Numbered from the stretch's first letter, positions 1-11,439 are shown. The stretch is DNA of 64,000 bases from Lama glama (GCA_028534125.1 CM052845.1:5208001-5272000), one strand, 5' to 3'. Notes: a model not told the origin generated them from the sequence alone. Numbers and translations are program-made.

Positions 1-183
1 GGAGTTCCTCAAGGCATCACCACGTGCCAGCCTGGAGGTGGAAAAGCTCACCCTGACCCAGAGCCCAAAAGCCCTACTCTGTTTACCACTGCAGGCAGGG
101 GAAGCAATTTTAAAACACATCCGACCAGCAGTCCATGACAAAATATCCTTCTCTCCTCACTCATACTGCATGTGTTCCAGCTA

Positions 184-330
184 CTCATTCATTCATTCAT
201 CTGACAAATAACCAAATCTTTAATGGACATCAGCGGTTGTCCTGAGAGTTGGGTAAAGTGAGATACACAAAATCGGCATAGCCTCTTCTTTCATGGATCC
301 TACACGGAAAGCGTAAGATGGAAATAAAGA
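184..330 (-). mobile_element. L2 LINE 3' end fragment
   Basis: Starts CTCATTCATTCATTCAT (reverse of the L2 TGAA tail), followed by degenerate L2 terminal sequence (TTCATGGATCCTACAC). Confidence 0.6.
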
Positions 331-864
331 AGTAAATCCATGTCACCAATGGAAAACAAGAGCTGGGCGTCACACTGTCACCAACATCTGGGATGAAACA
401 CTGACGGTGAAGCCAATAGGTTTTAAAAACCACTGTCACAGCTGTGTCACTGGAAAGACGAAACTGGTCATCTTAAAGCAGGTCTAGGGAGCTTTTGTTC
501 CAAGCCACTCTCCTGGTACAGACATCCTGAGTGTAAATGACCTGGTTTCCTGATTGTTAATTTCCAGCTCCAGCTATTTCTAGCTCCTACAGGGCTGTCC
601 CCTCCTGTCTCTACCTCAAGTCTTTCTCCATATTTCCCCCCAAACAGCTGGTCAGGAAGTTGGGAAAGTCTGGCTGGGGTCCGTAAGTCAATTATTTCTA
701 GCGAGGAAACAACCAGAAAGAGCCCTGGCGGCAGTGCCTCTGGAAACGGAAACCAAAGGAGTCTCAGCACCTGGAAATCAAAGAAAGCTTTCCTGAACCA
801 ATCTTGGCGCAGGGGAAATGAAAGCCACGATCACCAAGCAAGGGCTTGGCTTCAAACTGAAAGC

Positions 865-1135
865 TTACATAAAAATAAATCACCCACAAAATTCAGGAGT
901 CAACAAACTAGGAAAATACTTGCCACAAATTTGATAGACAAAAGGGTAATAATACGATGATCTGGGGGAGTAACGTGAATAACTCAAGCTCTCATTTAAG
1001 TCGATGATAAAATCCCATCCAAGATAATACGGAAAAAACCACATGGCAGTTAAACAACTGAACAAATATTCTATGCCACTAATAACAAAGTTGAATATAA
1101 CGAAATTTTTCCTACCAAAATAGCGGATTAAAATT
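865..1135 (+). mobile_element. ancient L1 (L1M/L1ME-type) ORF2 3' fragment
   Basis: A-rich, CAACAAACTAGGAAAATACTTGCCACA...GACAAAAGGGTAATAATAC resembles the late ORF2 of old L1s. Confidence 0.6.
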
Positions 1136-1204
1136 ACACAAACACAGAGACACACACTACGCATGTACACACACGCATAGTATTTTCTTGTGGTTCATTT
1201 TTTG

Positions 1205-1765
1205 CTTCATCCACAGAGTACAAGACATTTCTGCTACTGCTGCTCTACCATTATTTCCTTCCTGGGGCGTCAGCAGTAGCCTCTCGACTAGCTGGGCTGT
1301 CGGATGCTTCTCTTCCTGCCACTACAGTCGATTCTCCACAAGCGGATCACACTGTATCCATTCCTAGGTCAAAATCCTTCAACAGCCTTGACTCTCAGAA
1401 CAAAATGTAAAGTCCTTACCAAGGCTAACACAGCCCTCCTTGGTCTGGTGCCCAAATAATTTCCCACCTTAGATTCCCCAAGTAACCCCTGTGCACTCTA
1501 CTCCAGCCCTACTGGACTCCTTCCTGTTCTAGAAAGCTCAAAGCAGGTTTCAACCTCAGGGCCTTAACATCTGCTGATTCCTCCACCCAGAAGGCCTTTC
1601 CCACAGATATCTCTGTGGCTCAACCCTACTTTTCATTCAAGTCTCTAATCAAATCTAAACCTTCTTTGGGAGGTCTTGTCTGAAAATCCTTTCCAATATA
1701 ACAAGGCCCCTTCACTCCCCGACCTGCTTTCATTTTCTTCCTAACAGTATCTCCATCTAATAGGC
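1205..1765 (+). mobile_element. L2 (L2a-like) LINE fragment
   Basis: L2 hallmarks AAAATCCTTCAACAGC, AAAGTCCTTACCAAGGC, ACTCCAGCCCTACTGGACTCCTT, CCTCAGGGCCTT, TTTCATTCAAGTCTCT. Confidence 0.85.
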
Positions 1766-1784
1766 TTAAAGACAGTAGTAGCCT

Positions 1785-2225
1785 TTTATTCTTGTAACTG
1801 TAATCCCAGGAATTTACCAAAGGAAAGTATTAGGGCTACAAACCAAGATTCAAACACGATCAATTATTTTAGTTCAAAAACAGAAAGAAAAAGAAAAAAT
1901 GTATGCAAAGCTACATGCCAAATACCAGAGCTTTGTTTAAGTAAATCATAATTCAATAATTTAGTATCTAAGAGCATTAAAAGTTGTGACTTCAACTTGT
2001 GAAAACACCAAACAGGCTTAGGATACATGAGTCAAAATGCAAACCTGCATGTTTGGTGTGATCGTAAATTTGCAAAACCACCAAAAGAGAAATCATAAAC
2101 ACACATGTGTTAAGAAATGGGAAGAAAATGCAGAATGTTTGCAGAAGTTGTAAGAGATTGGGGGTAACTGGTTTTTTGGGTTTTTTTTGTTTGTTTGTTT
2201 TCCATTCCTGGTGGTTAATTGTGGC
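1785..2225 (+). mobile_element. old L1 (L1ME-like) 3' region fragment, probably continuing 865-1135
   Basis: A-rich, TAATCCCAGGAATTTACCAAAGGAAA resembles the L1ME 3' motif; very degenerate. Confidence 0.4.
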
Positions 2226-2796
2226 ACATTTAGGGAAAAGGTACTGAGTAACATGAAAAAAAAAATTTGACTTTAGCTTAAAAAAAAAAACTCTTTTACT
2301 TATCTAGCACAGTAGTATTCAAATTTATATTTAACCACAGACTTTCCTCAATTTAAAGCTTCTCTGAAAGCCCAAAGTGAAAAATGGGTAAATGAGCAAC
2401 GATCTTATAACTGAGGCAGAAATGAAGGACCCTCAGCTGCATAAGCCTGGCCACACCCAAAGCCACTGTGTGCATAATTCCAGGGGAGATAATTCACATC
2501 TTGCACCATCTGCATCAATCACACCGCACAGAGACATTCACTGCACTACCTGTACCATCAGATACACTGCCCCACCATACCACCTACCCGCATCCACTCA
2601 CGTGTACTGAGCATGTACAATGGTCTGCTACGAGGTCTCCCCAGATTATACCCCAAAAAGCATCAGCACAGGATGAATGAGGTATCACAGGTACATTCTG
2701 GTATACTCGGTGTTCACCCTGCCACGACAGGTCCAATTATGTCTATAAACAATCGGCCCATCAGCAGACGCCTAACTGTGTGGCTATTTTTTATTC

Positions 2797-2960
2797 NNNN
2801 NNNNNNNNNNNNNNNNNNNNNNNNNNNNNNNNNNNNNNNNNNNNNNNNNNNNNNNNNNNNNNNNNNNNNNNNNNNNNNNNNNNNNNNNNNNNNNNNNNNN
2901 NNNNNNNNNNNNNNNNNNNNNNNNNNNNNNNNNNNNNNNNNNNNNNNNNNNNNNNNNNNN
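2797..2960. other. assembly gap (164 N)
   Basis: Run of N seen directly. Confidence 1.
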
Positions 2961-4177
2961 AATAGTTTAATAAATAAGAGCGAAAATGAGCATTTCCCCC
3001 AGCAGCAGTTGCAAACGCAAACGTCCTAGGGGCCAGGGAGGTAACATAAATTACTGCAGTGGCGCTGGGTGCGAGACATCGTGTGTGTCGCCTGCATATT
3101 AAAGACAATGGGCTGCTCTTCATTTCCACAAAGCAATGAGCTCACTCTCATTTTTCTTAAAAATATCATTGCTTTCTGTCTCCTTTTGTTTTCTCACGTT
3201 AGATAGGACATGAGTATTCTAAAAAATTAACAGTGATAGCACAGTGAAAAATGACCATGAACTCATTTGTGCTCTAGAATCTCTTTTGCTTTTGATGTAT
3301 CACAGGAGTCTTCACATTTATGGAGTATTTAGCCTCAGTGTTGGGATGTATGGGGACAGGACGATGATGATGACAAAATGTAGATTCCATGACTTATGCA
3401 AATACACAGCTTCAGAATATTGTTCAGAATACTGTTATCAGTGTAGCCAGATCATCTTTCATGAGAAGTCGGGATGTGTATTTGGAATATTTCTTGATTC
3501 TAACATGGTGGCCCATATTATAAAGTACACTGCAAGGGCCAAACCAAACATATCCATGAATGACAAGTAGATTCACTCCCTCTTCTCCACAGACACCACG
3601 ACACACCAGCTTTCCGGCCCTTCGGGAACATGACCACAAAGAGGAGCACGAGGTCCTTTATCGAAGTTAATTCCTCTCACTAAGTCTGCTTCCCCGTCAC
3701 ACTAGAATGTTACAGTTTATATGTATCATGGCCCACTCTCAAGGCTTTCTCATGGAAGTGACTTACCAGCATCTAGGAATTTTTGAAATTATAGCCAGTA
3801 TTCTGCAAGTATCATAAGGTCATGAACACCAAGTTCAGAAATTAGTTTATAAGAGGTTGCTAACACGAGAAAGCCCTAATTAACAAAGCAATACATTGAC
3901 CACCTTGAGGCTAACAGACATTTGTACCACTGACCAGATGACCTCATGCTAACAGGTCATCTCTTTGACAGAGAGGCTGCAAGATTGTAGGAGGCATTCA
4001 TCCCCTCAGAGGAAAAAAAAAATTCTTCATCTGGTTTCTACTTATGTAGCTTAGATGGATAATCCCAGTTAGGAGCGTGTGAAGGAACCAGTTACTCAGA
4101 GGTAATGAGCTTATGGATTTGCAGGACGCCTGTGTTCATTAGCATCATGTCATGTACAGATGGTCGGCAATTTGTAG

Positions 4178-4677
4178 NNNNNNNNNNNNNNNNNNNNNNN
4201 NNNNNNNNNNNNNNNNNNNNNNNNNNNNNNNNNNNNNNNNNNNNNNNNNNNNNNNNNNNNNNNNNNNNNNNNNNNNNNNNNNNNNNNNNNNNNNNNNNNN
4301 NNNNNNNNNNNNNNNNNNNNNNNNNNNNNNNNNNNNNNNNNNNNNNNNNNNNNNNNNNNNNNNNNNNNNNNNNNNNNNNNNNNNNNNNNNNNNNNNNNNN
4401 NNNNNNNNNNNNNNNNNNNNNNNNNNNNNNNNNNNNNNNNNNNNNNNNNNNNNNNNNNNNNNNNNNNNNNNNNNNNNNNNNNNNNNNNNNNNNNNNNNNN
4501 NNNNNNNNNNNNNNNNNNNNNNNNNNNNNNNNNNNNNNNNNNNNNNNNNNNNNNNNNNNNNNNNNNNNNNNNNNNNNNNNNNNNNNNNNNNNNNNNNNNN
4601 NNNNNNNNNNNNNNNNNNNNNNNNNNNNNNNNNNNNNNNNNNNNNNNNNNNNNNNNNNNNNNNNNNNNNNNNNNNNN
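4178..4677. other. assembly gap (500 N)
   Basis: Run of N seen directly. Confidence 1.
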
Positions 4678-5234
4678 ATAGTTACATATGGTCTCAGATT
4701 TAATTTCATCTGCTACTCAAAGTATGAGTTATGTAAAAGTAATAAATTTTTCCTCCTCCCACTACAACTAAGAATGGCTTGGGAAGGCAACCTTGTCTGA
4801 CAGGACAGAGTGGAGAGACAGGGCTACAGCAGAGGGTATGAGGGGTCAAGCCAGGGAAACACTGGAAGACCACAACCGTTCTCAATGTGGTCATTCCCTA
4901 CATGACCTCTCCAACTTGCAGTAAAGTCAGTCTTACAAAATAAAAAGTGTGATGGATTTACATTGAGGAAACACAAGAGGGGCCTATGGCATGCATTCTA
5001 GCTGATGGGGGCTCACCTGAGATGGCACACAAGGACATGGGGTGGGTGGCGGGACGAGGCAGAAGTAAAGATGAGGTTCCAGAGGAACCATGGAGAAGCC
5101 CCTGACCTCCCCACCCCCAGAAATTGGTCTAACCAACACGTTTTACATTTACTTCAAGTCACATGAGTTTTGATCAAATGGCTATTTCCCAGCCCAAAAC
5201 AGTGAGATATAGCATTTCTTGTGCACCATTAAGT

Positions 5235-5410
5235 ATCAAACACCTGTTAATTTTATCCTGAAAATGTCTCTACAAGGTGGACACCATTTTTATCACCCCC
5301 ATTTTACAATAAACAAAGATGTTAAGTACTTTGTCCAAAGTCATATATATAAGTAACAGCAGAGCCAGAATTTGAATCTAAGGTTTGACTTGCTTCTGAC
5401 CACTGTGTTC
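5235..5410 (-). mobile_element. MIR SINE
   Basis: Reverse MIR core: CCCCCATTTTACA...GTTAAGTACTTTGTCCAAAGTCA...AGAGCCAGAATTTGAATCTAAG. Confidence 0.85.
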
Positions 5411-6034
5411 AGTTGTCCAGATCATTCACCAGATTTGGGTGGAATGACTCAACGCTCTTTGCAAAATTACACTGAAATAAAGAAGACTGGCACCTTTGAA
5501 GATAATTTTGAAAACTTACTTTGGGATTTTACTATCATTCCTAAGGAAGGGTTGCAAAAATGGTCTTGAGAGGGTTGATTTAAAGGCCAGCTATCACTTG
5601 AGTATACACATTCTTGCTATATTACATTAACATGTCAGAATGTTTAGTATGGGGCCAGAACTATTTTAACGTAAAAAAAAAAATTACTCAGTATTTGTCC
5701 ACATACAGCTCATCAGAAGTGATGGTAGCCCTCTCCAAGTTATCTGGTGTTAGGTTTTGCTTTTTGACAACGGGCAGAACTGAACTCAACAAGCAGTCCA
5801 CGAAATCTTGCTATGGATGACAGCCTATAGTCTTAAAATACTGAAGAAGGCATATCGAATCTAAGGCTGTTGGGTGGCTTACAAGAAGTCATCTGCTTTC
5901 CTGAGAAAAAGGGTAGGTATTTCTGGTCTTTTATGTGGTTAGGCATGAACGTGATTCTGAAGCTATGGCAGCAATTTTGTGACCATGAAGAAAAGGCAAA
6001 GGAACCCACAGAGATGCTAGTCACCGTCTTCACA

Positions 6035-6190
6035 CTCACGAGTGAGCACACTGCTCTCCAGTATGTTGTCTCATTTGATAATTATAATGACCTCAAGGTA
6101 GGAAAAGAAAATCTTATTCTTCCCATTTTACGGGTTACATGATTCACCTAAGGCAACATACTTAGCAAATGGCAGAACTAAAACTAGTAG
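6035..6190 (-). mobile_element. MIR SINE
   Basis: TCTCATTTGAT...TTATTCTCCCATTTTAC...CTAAGGCAACATAC...AAATGGCAGAACT. Confidence 0.75.
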
Positions 6191-8506
6191 CTTCAAAATA
6201 ATTTTTTTGCTACAAAACATTAGTCATTTTCTTATGCCTCTTACTGATCACACAAAATGCTGCTCCTTACCATTCCCCATGATTTGACTTGGCATTCTAA
6301 AATAAGCCTTAACTGGGACTTAACTACTGCGTAGAGTGACATCCCTCTACTCAGAACGGAGCAAATTATCTTCTGATGTTGGTTTAGTCCCTTACTTGCT
6401 TTGCTGCTTTCAGATTAGATGTCACCTGTCCTCTCTTCTCTCCTTGATAATATTTCCTTCAAGTTATTTATAACAGTACTATCATCTTTCCCCTTTTGTT
6501 TTCCTTTTCTTTCCACACTGGGTAGATTGACTTTAACGCCACCGACACTGCAGTTTCTGCAATTTAGCTCCACTTACCTGATTATGCATCACAAAAGGAA
6601 GCAGAAATTCAGCTTAATTGTGAAGCCACAGCCGCAGAGCTGGGCCAGTGAGAGAAACCTAATGATCTCAGACAGAATCACACTCATGACAGACATGAGT
6701 TCGTTTGTAAAAGTCTGAATTCTGATTATGGAACTTTTTATGTTGTGACATTGTACGTCTCTTGTCAGATCAGTGTTGTCCTTTAACTTCCCCATTTCAG
6801 TTAGGAAAGTCAGGTACAGCCTCATGTTATTATTACTATTTTTAAAATTCATTTTGACAGGTAAATGGTCTCTGGGAAAGTGAACACCCTGATCAACTGT
6901 TTCCTGAAACTGTAACACCATCATGGGTGACAAAGGAGACACGTTTACATTAATGGAAAAGCATTTACAAGAGTGAGGATTAGAGGGAAAAGATAACATT
7001 CAACAGAAGAAGCATAAATATAAGAATGGGAAGAGATGTTCGATCAAAAGATGATTTGTAAGGGTGGGTGCCTGGTACCATTAGCTTTTCAGCTGTGCTT
7101 TCCATAGTGCAATGGGCCCTGCTCTTTGCTAATTCTATCTTTAGCGGAGAAAGAATTCTTGTTTTGAATCTTTGATAAATCGATACCTGGGAGATGCTTC
7201 CAAAGTCTGCTATTCCAAGGAGTGACCTAAAACATACTGTCACGTGCCTCTTCATTCTAAGAGATTATTTTAGGATGGGAAGAACTCTTTAATGAGATTA
7301 CACAGGGTTGGCTTTCAGAAAAGCTTGAAACTGTTTCTGTATTCACATTTCCTCCCATAATTTCTGGTATGAAAATAAGGTTTTAACTAGGTGGTGAGGG
7401 GATATTAATTAACAGTTCCCTTTTTCTGTTCCTTACTACCAGGTAATATATACTCAAGTGCTGAGAAAATAGCCATCTTATTAAGGATTAAAGCTTGAAA
7501 GACTCTAAATGTTCATATCATAACTGGTTTTAAAAGCTGATATCTGAGTTACATACAATTGGATAAAGAAATGCAAACACGTATCACTTACACATACACA
7601 TGTACACACCATTTGAGAAACCAGATCTGTTCAGAATAAAAACGTTTCCATCAGCCACACTGAAAGGCTAATCGTGTAATGATCTACAAAGGAAATGCAG
7701 GGACAGATATGGATTAGCTCAGCTTCCATATATTGGGTGGCTGAGAATGAATTAGCATAATCATAAATTTGCTCCAATTACAGAAGGCAATTATCAGAGA
7801 CCAGCTCACAGCATTATCAAAACGAAATCAGCAAAGTGCATCTACAGCCCAGGTAGATGCCACTGAGCTAATGGTGCTTTAAAAAAAAGGCTCTATCCTC
7901 ATTCATCTTTCATCCCTTTGATTACTGTACACTCCGTACAAGCCTCTTTTCAGCTGACAGACACAAAGCCTCCATGAAAGAAGAAAAAATACATGCTGTA
8001 TTACCAAAAAAAAAAAAAAAAAGTCATGCTTAGTATAATAACCCAAGTGCAAAATAGCCAAATTCAAACTCTGAAGTCTTGTATGGATAATTTCTCTAGA
8101 TCAGTGGTTCAGATAGTGCTTTTACATTTTAGACAGTAATTCACATCACCTCTTGTGTTCTCTCCAAAATATTGATTAGCAATAAAACTGAGAGTAAGTC
8201 TGTTATTATCTGCTCCAAAAAAGTTCTTTGTGCAAAAATGCAGCACTGCTGTCTCGCAAAGGTAACCCTACTGTTGTTCATGTTTTCATGTTGCTTTGCC
8301 ATTATATATAGAACCTGTTGCCTGTTAACCATCGCCAGCCTGGAAAGAGTGCAGGAGAGTCAAACGTATTTTGTACAGGAGGCAACAGATTTCGTCTCCA
8401 AATTTTAGAGCTAAAAAGGCAATTCAGCTTAATTAGTTAAGATTATATATATATGTAAAAGAATGTGCTAAGCACTTAAGAAAACAAACATTAAAGGGAT
8501 ATTAAT

Positions 8507-9085
8507 CAGTCCTAAAAAAAATGAAATAAGGCCATTTGCAGCAACAAGGATGGAGCTAGGTGTTATCATATTAAGTGAAGTCAGTCAGAGGAAGACAAAT
8601 ATTATGTGATATCCCTTACTTCTGGAATCTTCAAAAAATGATACAAATAAACCTATTTACAAAACAGAAACAGACTCATAGACATAGAAAACAAACTTAT
8701 GGATACCAAAGGGGAAAGAGGGGAAGAGATAAATTAAGAATTTGGGATTAACAGATACACACTACTATATATAAAATAGATAAATAGTAAGGACCTACTG
8801 TAGAGCACAGGGAACTATATCCAATACCAATCTGAAAAGAATATATATATTATTATTTTATATATACTTATATATAATAGGAAAGAATCTGAAAAATATA
8901 TATTATATATTAATATATACATTATAATTATATATAATATATAAGATTAATAATATATATATCCTTTTTCAGATTCTTTTCTAAGTGTTTTATATATATA
9001 TAAACACAGAATCACTTTGCTGTACGCCTGAAACTAACACAACATTGTAAATCAACAACACTTCAATAAAAAAATTATAAAAAAA
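8507..9085 (+). mobile_element. 5'-truncated cetartiodactyl-type L1, ORF2 end + 3' UTR + poly-A
   Basis: AATGAAATAAGGCCATTTGCAGCAAC, AAGTGAAGTCAGTCAGA, AAACAGACTCATAGACATAGAAAACAAACTTATGG, GGACCTACTGTAGAGCACAGGGAACTATAT, GAATCACTTTGCTGTACGCCTGAAACTAACACAACATTGTAAATCAAC, then AATAAA and an A tail. Confidence 0.95.
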
Positions 9086-9449
9086 GAGACTCAGTAGATG
9101 GCAGATTAGTAAGAAAAGCAAAAAAGGATTTCTACTATAACTGAATACAGAGGGTTTAATGATTCTGTAGGAAGGTGGACCCAGTGAAGCTGGGGCTGGG
9201 GAAGAGGAGAAGGGGAGGGAGACTTACCATCTACTAATATGGATGGTCTGCTCCACATTAGACACTATTGTAGGCTCTTTCAAATCTTAAACCACTTGAT
9301 GAGGTGGACACTGTGAACTATGTCCTTCCAGTTAAGAACATAATGAGTGTGAAAAAACTGAAATGGTCAAACATGGTCAAAATTCTGCCGTCTTAAATAA
9401 GCAAACCCAAAACCCTTCCTTTTGTTTCATCACAGGCATCTCTCTTGAA

Positions 9450-9952
9450 TTCTTTAGCACTTACTCACCCCTCATCATTCCACTGCTCTCTGGCTTCCAC
9501 CCCATCAACTCACTGAAATTGCTCTTGCTGACATCACTGATGTCCCCCATGTTGCTACATGCAGGGCAAACTGCTCTGTACCCTTTGTTGACTTTCAGGG
9601 GTCCAGAGAACCGTTCTTGGATGACCTCTTCCCATGGCTTTGATGACACCACGTGTTCTCCCTCTGTAGTCCTCTGGCCACTCCTGCTCTGTCTCTTTTT
9701 TACTGGCCTCTTCTCTATCCAAACATGAAGTATTCTATTTCTTTGGTCCCCAGGATCAGGTTCTTTTCCACATCTCACCATACAATGTCTCCCCATACAT
9801 CGCCAGGCTCATGTGTCATTCAGGGTCTTATGGTGAGCACTCCTGAATTATCTTCAGTTCACTGACCTTCTTGAGCTACACCCCCGTGTGTTCACATACC
9901 TACTAGGCATCCACTGTTACAAACTTCAAAGATACTTCAAGCTCAACATGTG
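9450..9952 (+). mobile_element. L2 LINE ORF2 fragment
   Basis: CTCTGGCTTCCACCCCATC..ACTGAAATTGCTCTTGC, ATGGCTTTGATGACACCAC, ACCTACTAGGCATCCAC, CTTCAAGCTCAACATGT. Confidence 0.85.
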
Positions 9953-10079
9953 GACTTGGATTTGGAATATTTGTTGAAAAAATAAGGGGATAGATGATTT
10001 CCTCACCCAATTGGCATTAAAATATTTGAAGCTTATCATCTGGAAACAGGGATTCATTGAAAAAAACTGGAGGTTGGTG

Positions 10080-11270
10080 ACAGTAATTTCACATTCAAAA
10101 GAAGACTCTTGATATGATGTATAGAATATATGGGAAGGCGGGGAGCAGGCAACGTGAGGAGCAGAAAGATCATTAGGAGGCTGTGACCATAACCGTGGGG
10201 AGAGACTGTGCTGGAGTGAACTGGAAAGCTATGATGGGTATACAGGCGTATCTTGGAGCTATTGCGGGTCTGGTTCCAGAACACCATAATAAAGCGAGTT
10301 TCAAATAAAGTGAGTTGCATAATTTTTATATGCACTAGGAACCCCCAAAATTTATGTTAGCGTTATGCTGTAGTCTATAAGTGTGCAACAGAATTATGTC
10401 TAAAAAAATAATGTACATACCTTAGTTAAAAATACTTTATTGCTAAAAAATGCTAACCACCATCTGACAACACAGGATTGCCACAAAACTTCAATCTTAG
10501 AAAAACACATTCTCTGCAGTAAAGGAAAGCTCAATAAAATGAGGTATGTCTGTACAAAAAAGAGCCCTGACAATAAGTTAAGGGGTAAAATAGAATGAAC
10601 AGAAATTTGGGATTAATTTGATGTAAGATTTAAAGAGAGGGCAATCAAAATTTGGCACACATACTTCTGACTTGGAAAAGTGACATAGAGACCATCAGAT
10701 GAAAAGGTCATTTTGAGATGCTGTACTGATATTTGCTGACTATCCCCTTGGTCCCTAATATAAAAAGAGCATTCTCAAATCAAAAAGAAGGAAGAAAGGG
10801 AGGGAGGGAGGGAGGAAGAAAAACCAAGTAAACATGGCAACAGAAAAATGGGTTAAGTACTCAAATTCAATAATGTCTTTAGTTAAGTTTAAGATGTACA
10901 TAAGGGACTGAAATAAACATTTTCAGCCCACATCTCTCGTCGGCTCCAGACTTACACAGTCAACAACTATTTGGGCATATTTAATCAATAGTCTTCAGGA
11001 CATAAGGCTATAGGTATATATGAAACCACAAACGGTAATATGGGCAAAAAAGAAAAAAGAGTTTAAGACACAACCCTAAAGAAAAGTAGCAGGAAAGGGA
11101 AGAAGAGGCTACAGAAATACAAAATATGTTGTTGACACTGAGGTAAGAGAGAAACCAGAAATGTATGTGTCATGGAAGCCAAAAAAGAAAAATATTTTAA
11201 GTACTTAAAAATTACCACCACGGTTAAAGGTAAGCATAGGTCAAGTCTCAGGCTCCATTTCAACGTGAAG
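10080..11270 (-). mobile_element. degenerate L2 LINE interrupted by the Tigger1 derivative
   Basis: Purine-rich reverse L2 motifs on both sides of the Tigger insertion (AGATCATTAGGAGGCTG; GAGAGAAACCAGAAATGTATGTGTCATGGAAGCCAA). Confidence 0.6.
10243..10552. mobile_element. non-autonomous Tigger1 derivative (TcMar-Tigger DNA transposon, 310 bp)
   Basis: TIRs CAGGCGTATCT...GAGGTATGTCTG, TA target duplication on both sides (10241-42, 10553-54), internal ATTGCGGGTCTGGTTCCAGA and GATTGCCACAAAACTTCAAT match Tigger1 ends. Confidence 0.93.
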
Positions 11271-11439
11271 CTCCTTCTACAGCATGTTAATTAAAGGACT
11301 TCACTCTTGTCTTTGTTATTTTTAATGTAAATAATAATTATAATTATTACTGTTAGTCTTTTAAAAACTATACTGTCACCGCCTGTTCACTTTCCTCAAT
11401 CTTCACTAAAACTTCCCCAAATTCAACTAGCCACTTGAA

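Noticed and set aside
3411-3436. Short tandem duplication TTCAGAATAYTG x2 (similar ones near 18940 and 57274)
   Set aside because: Ordinary slippage duplications; no spacer-repeat periodicity, nothing CRISPR-like.
2613-4800. Long ORFs of 112-231 aa in the track
   Set aside because: They are open only because they run through N gaps.
7726-7736. CArG (SRF) box CCATATATTGG
   Set aside because: Seven rather than six A/T bases lie between CC and GG.
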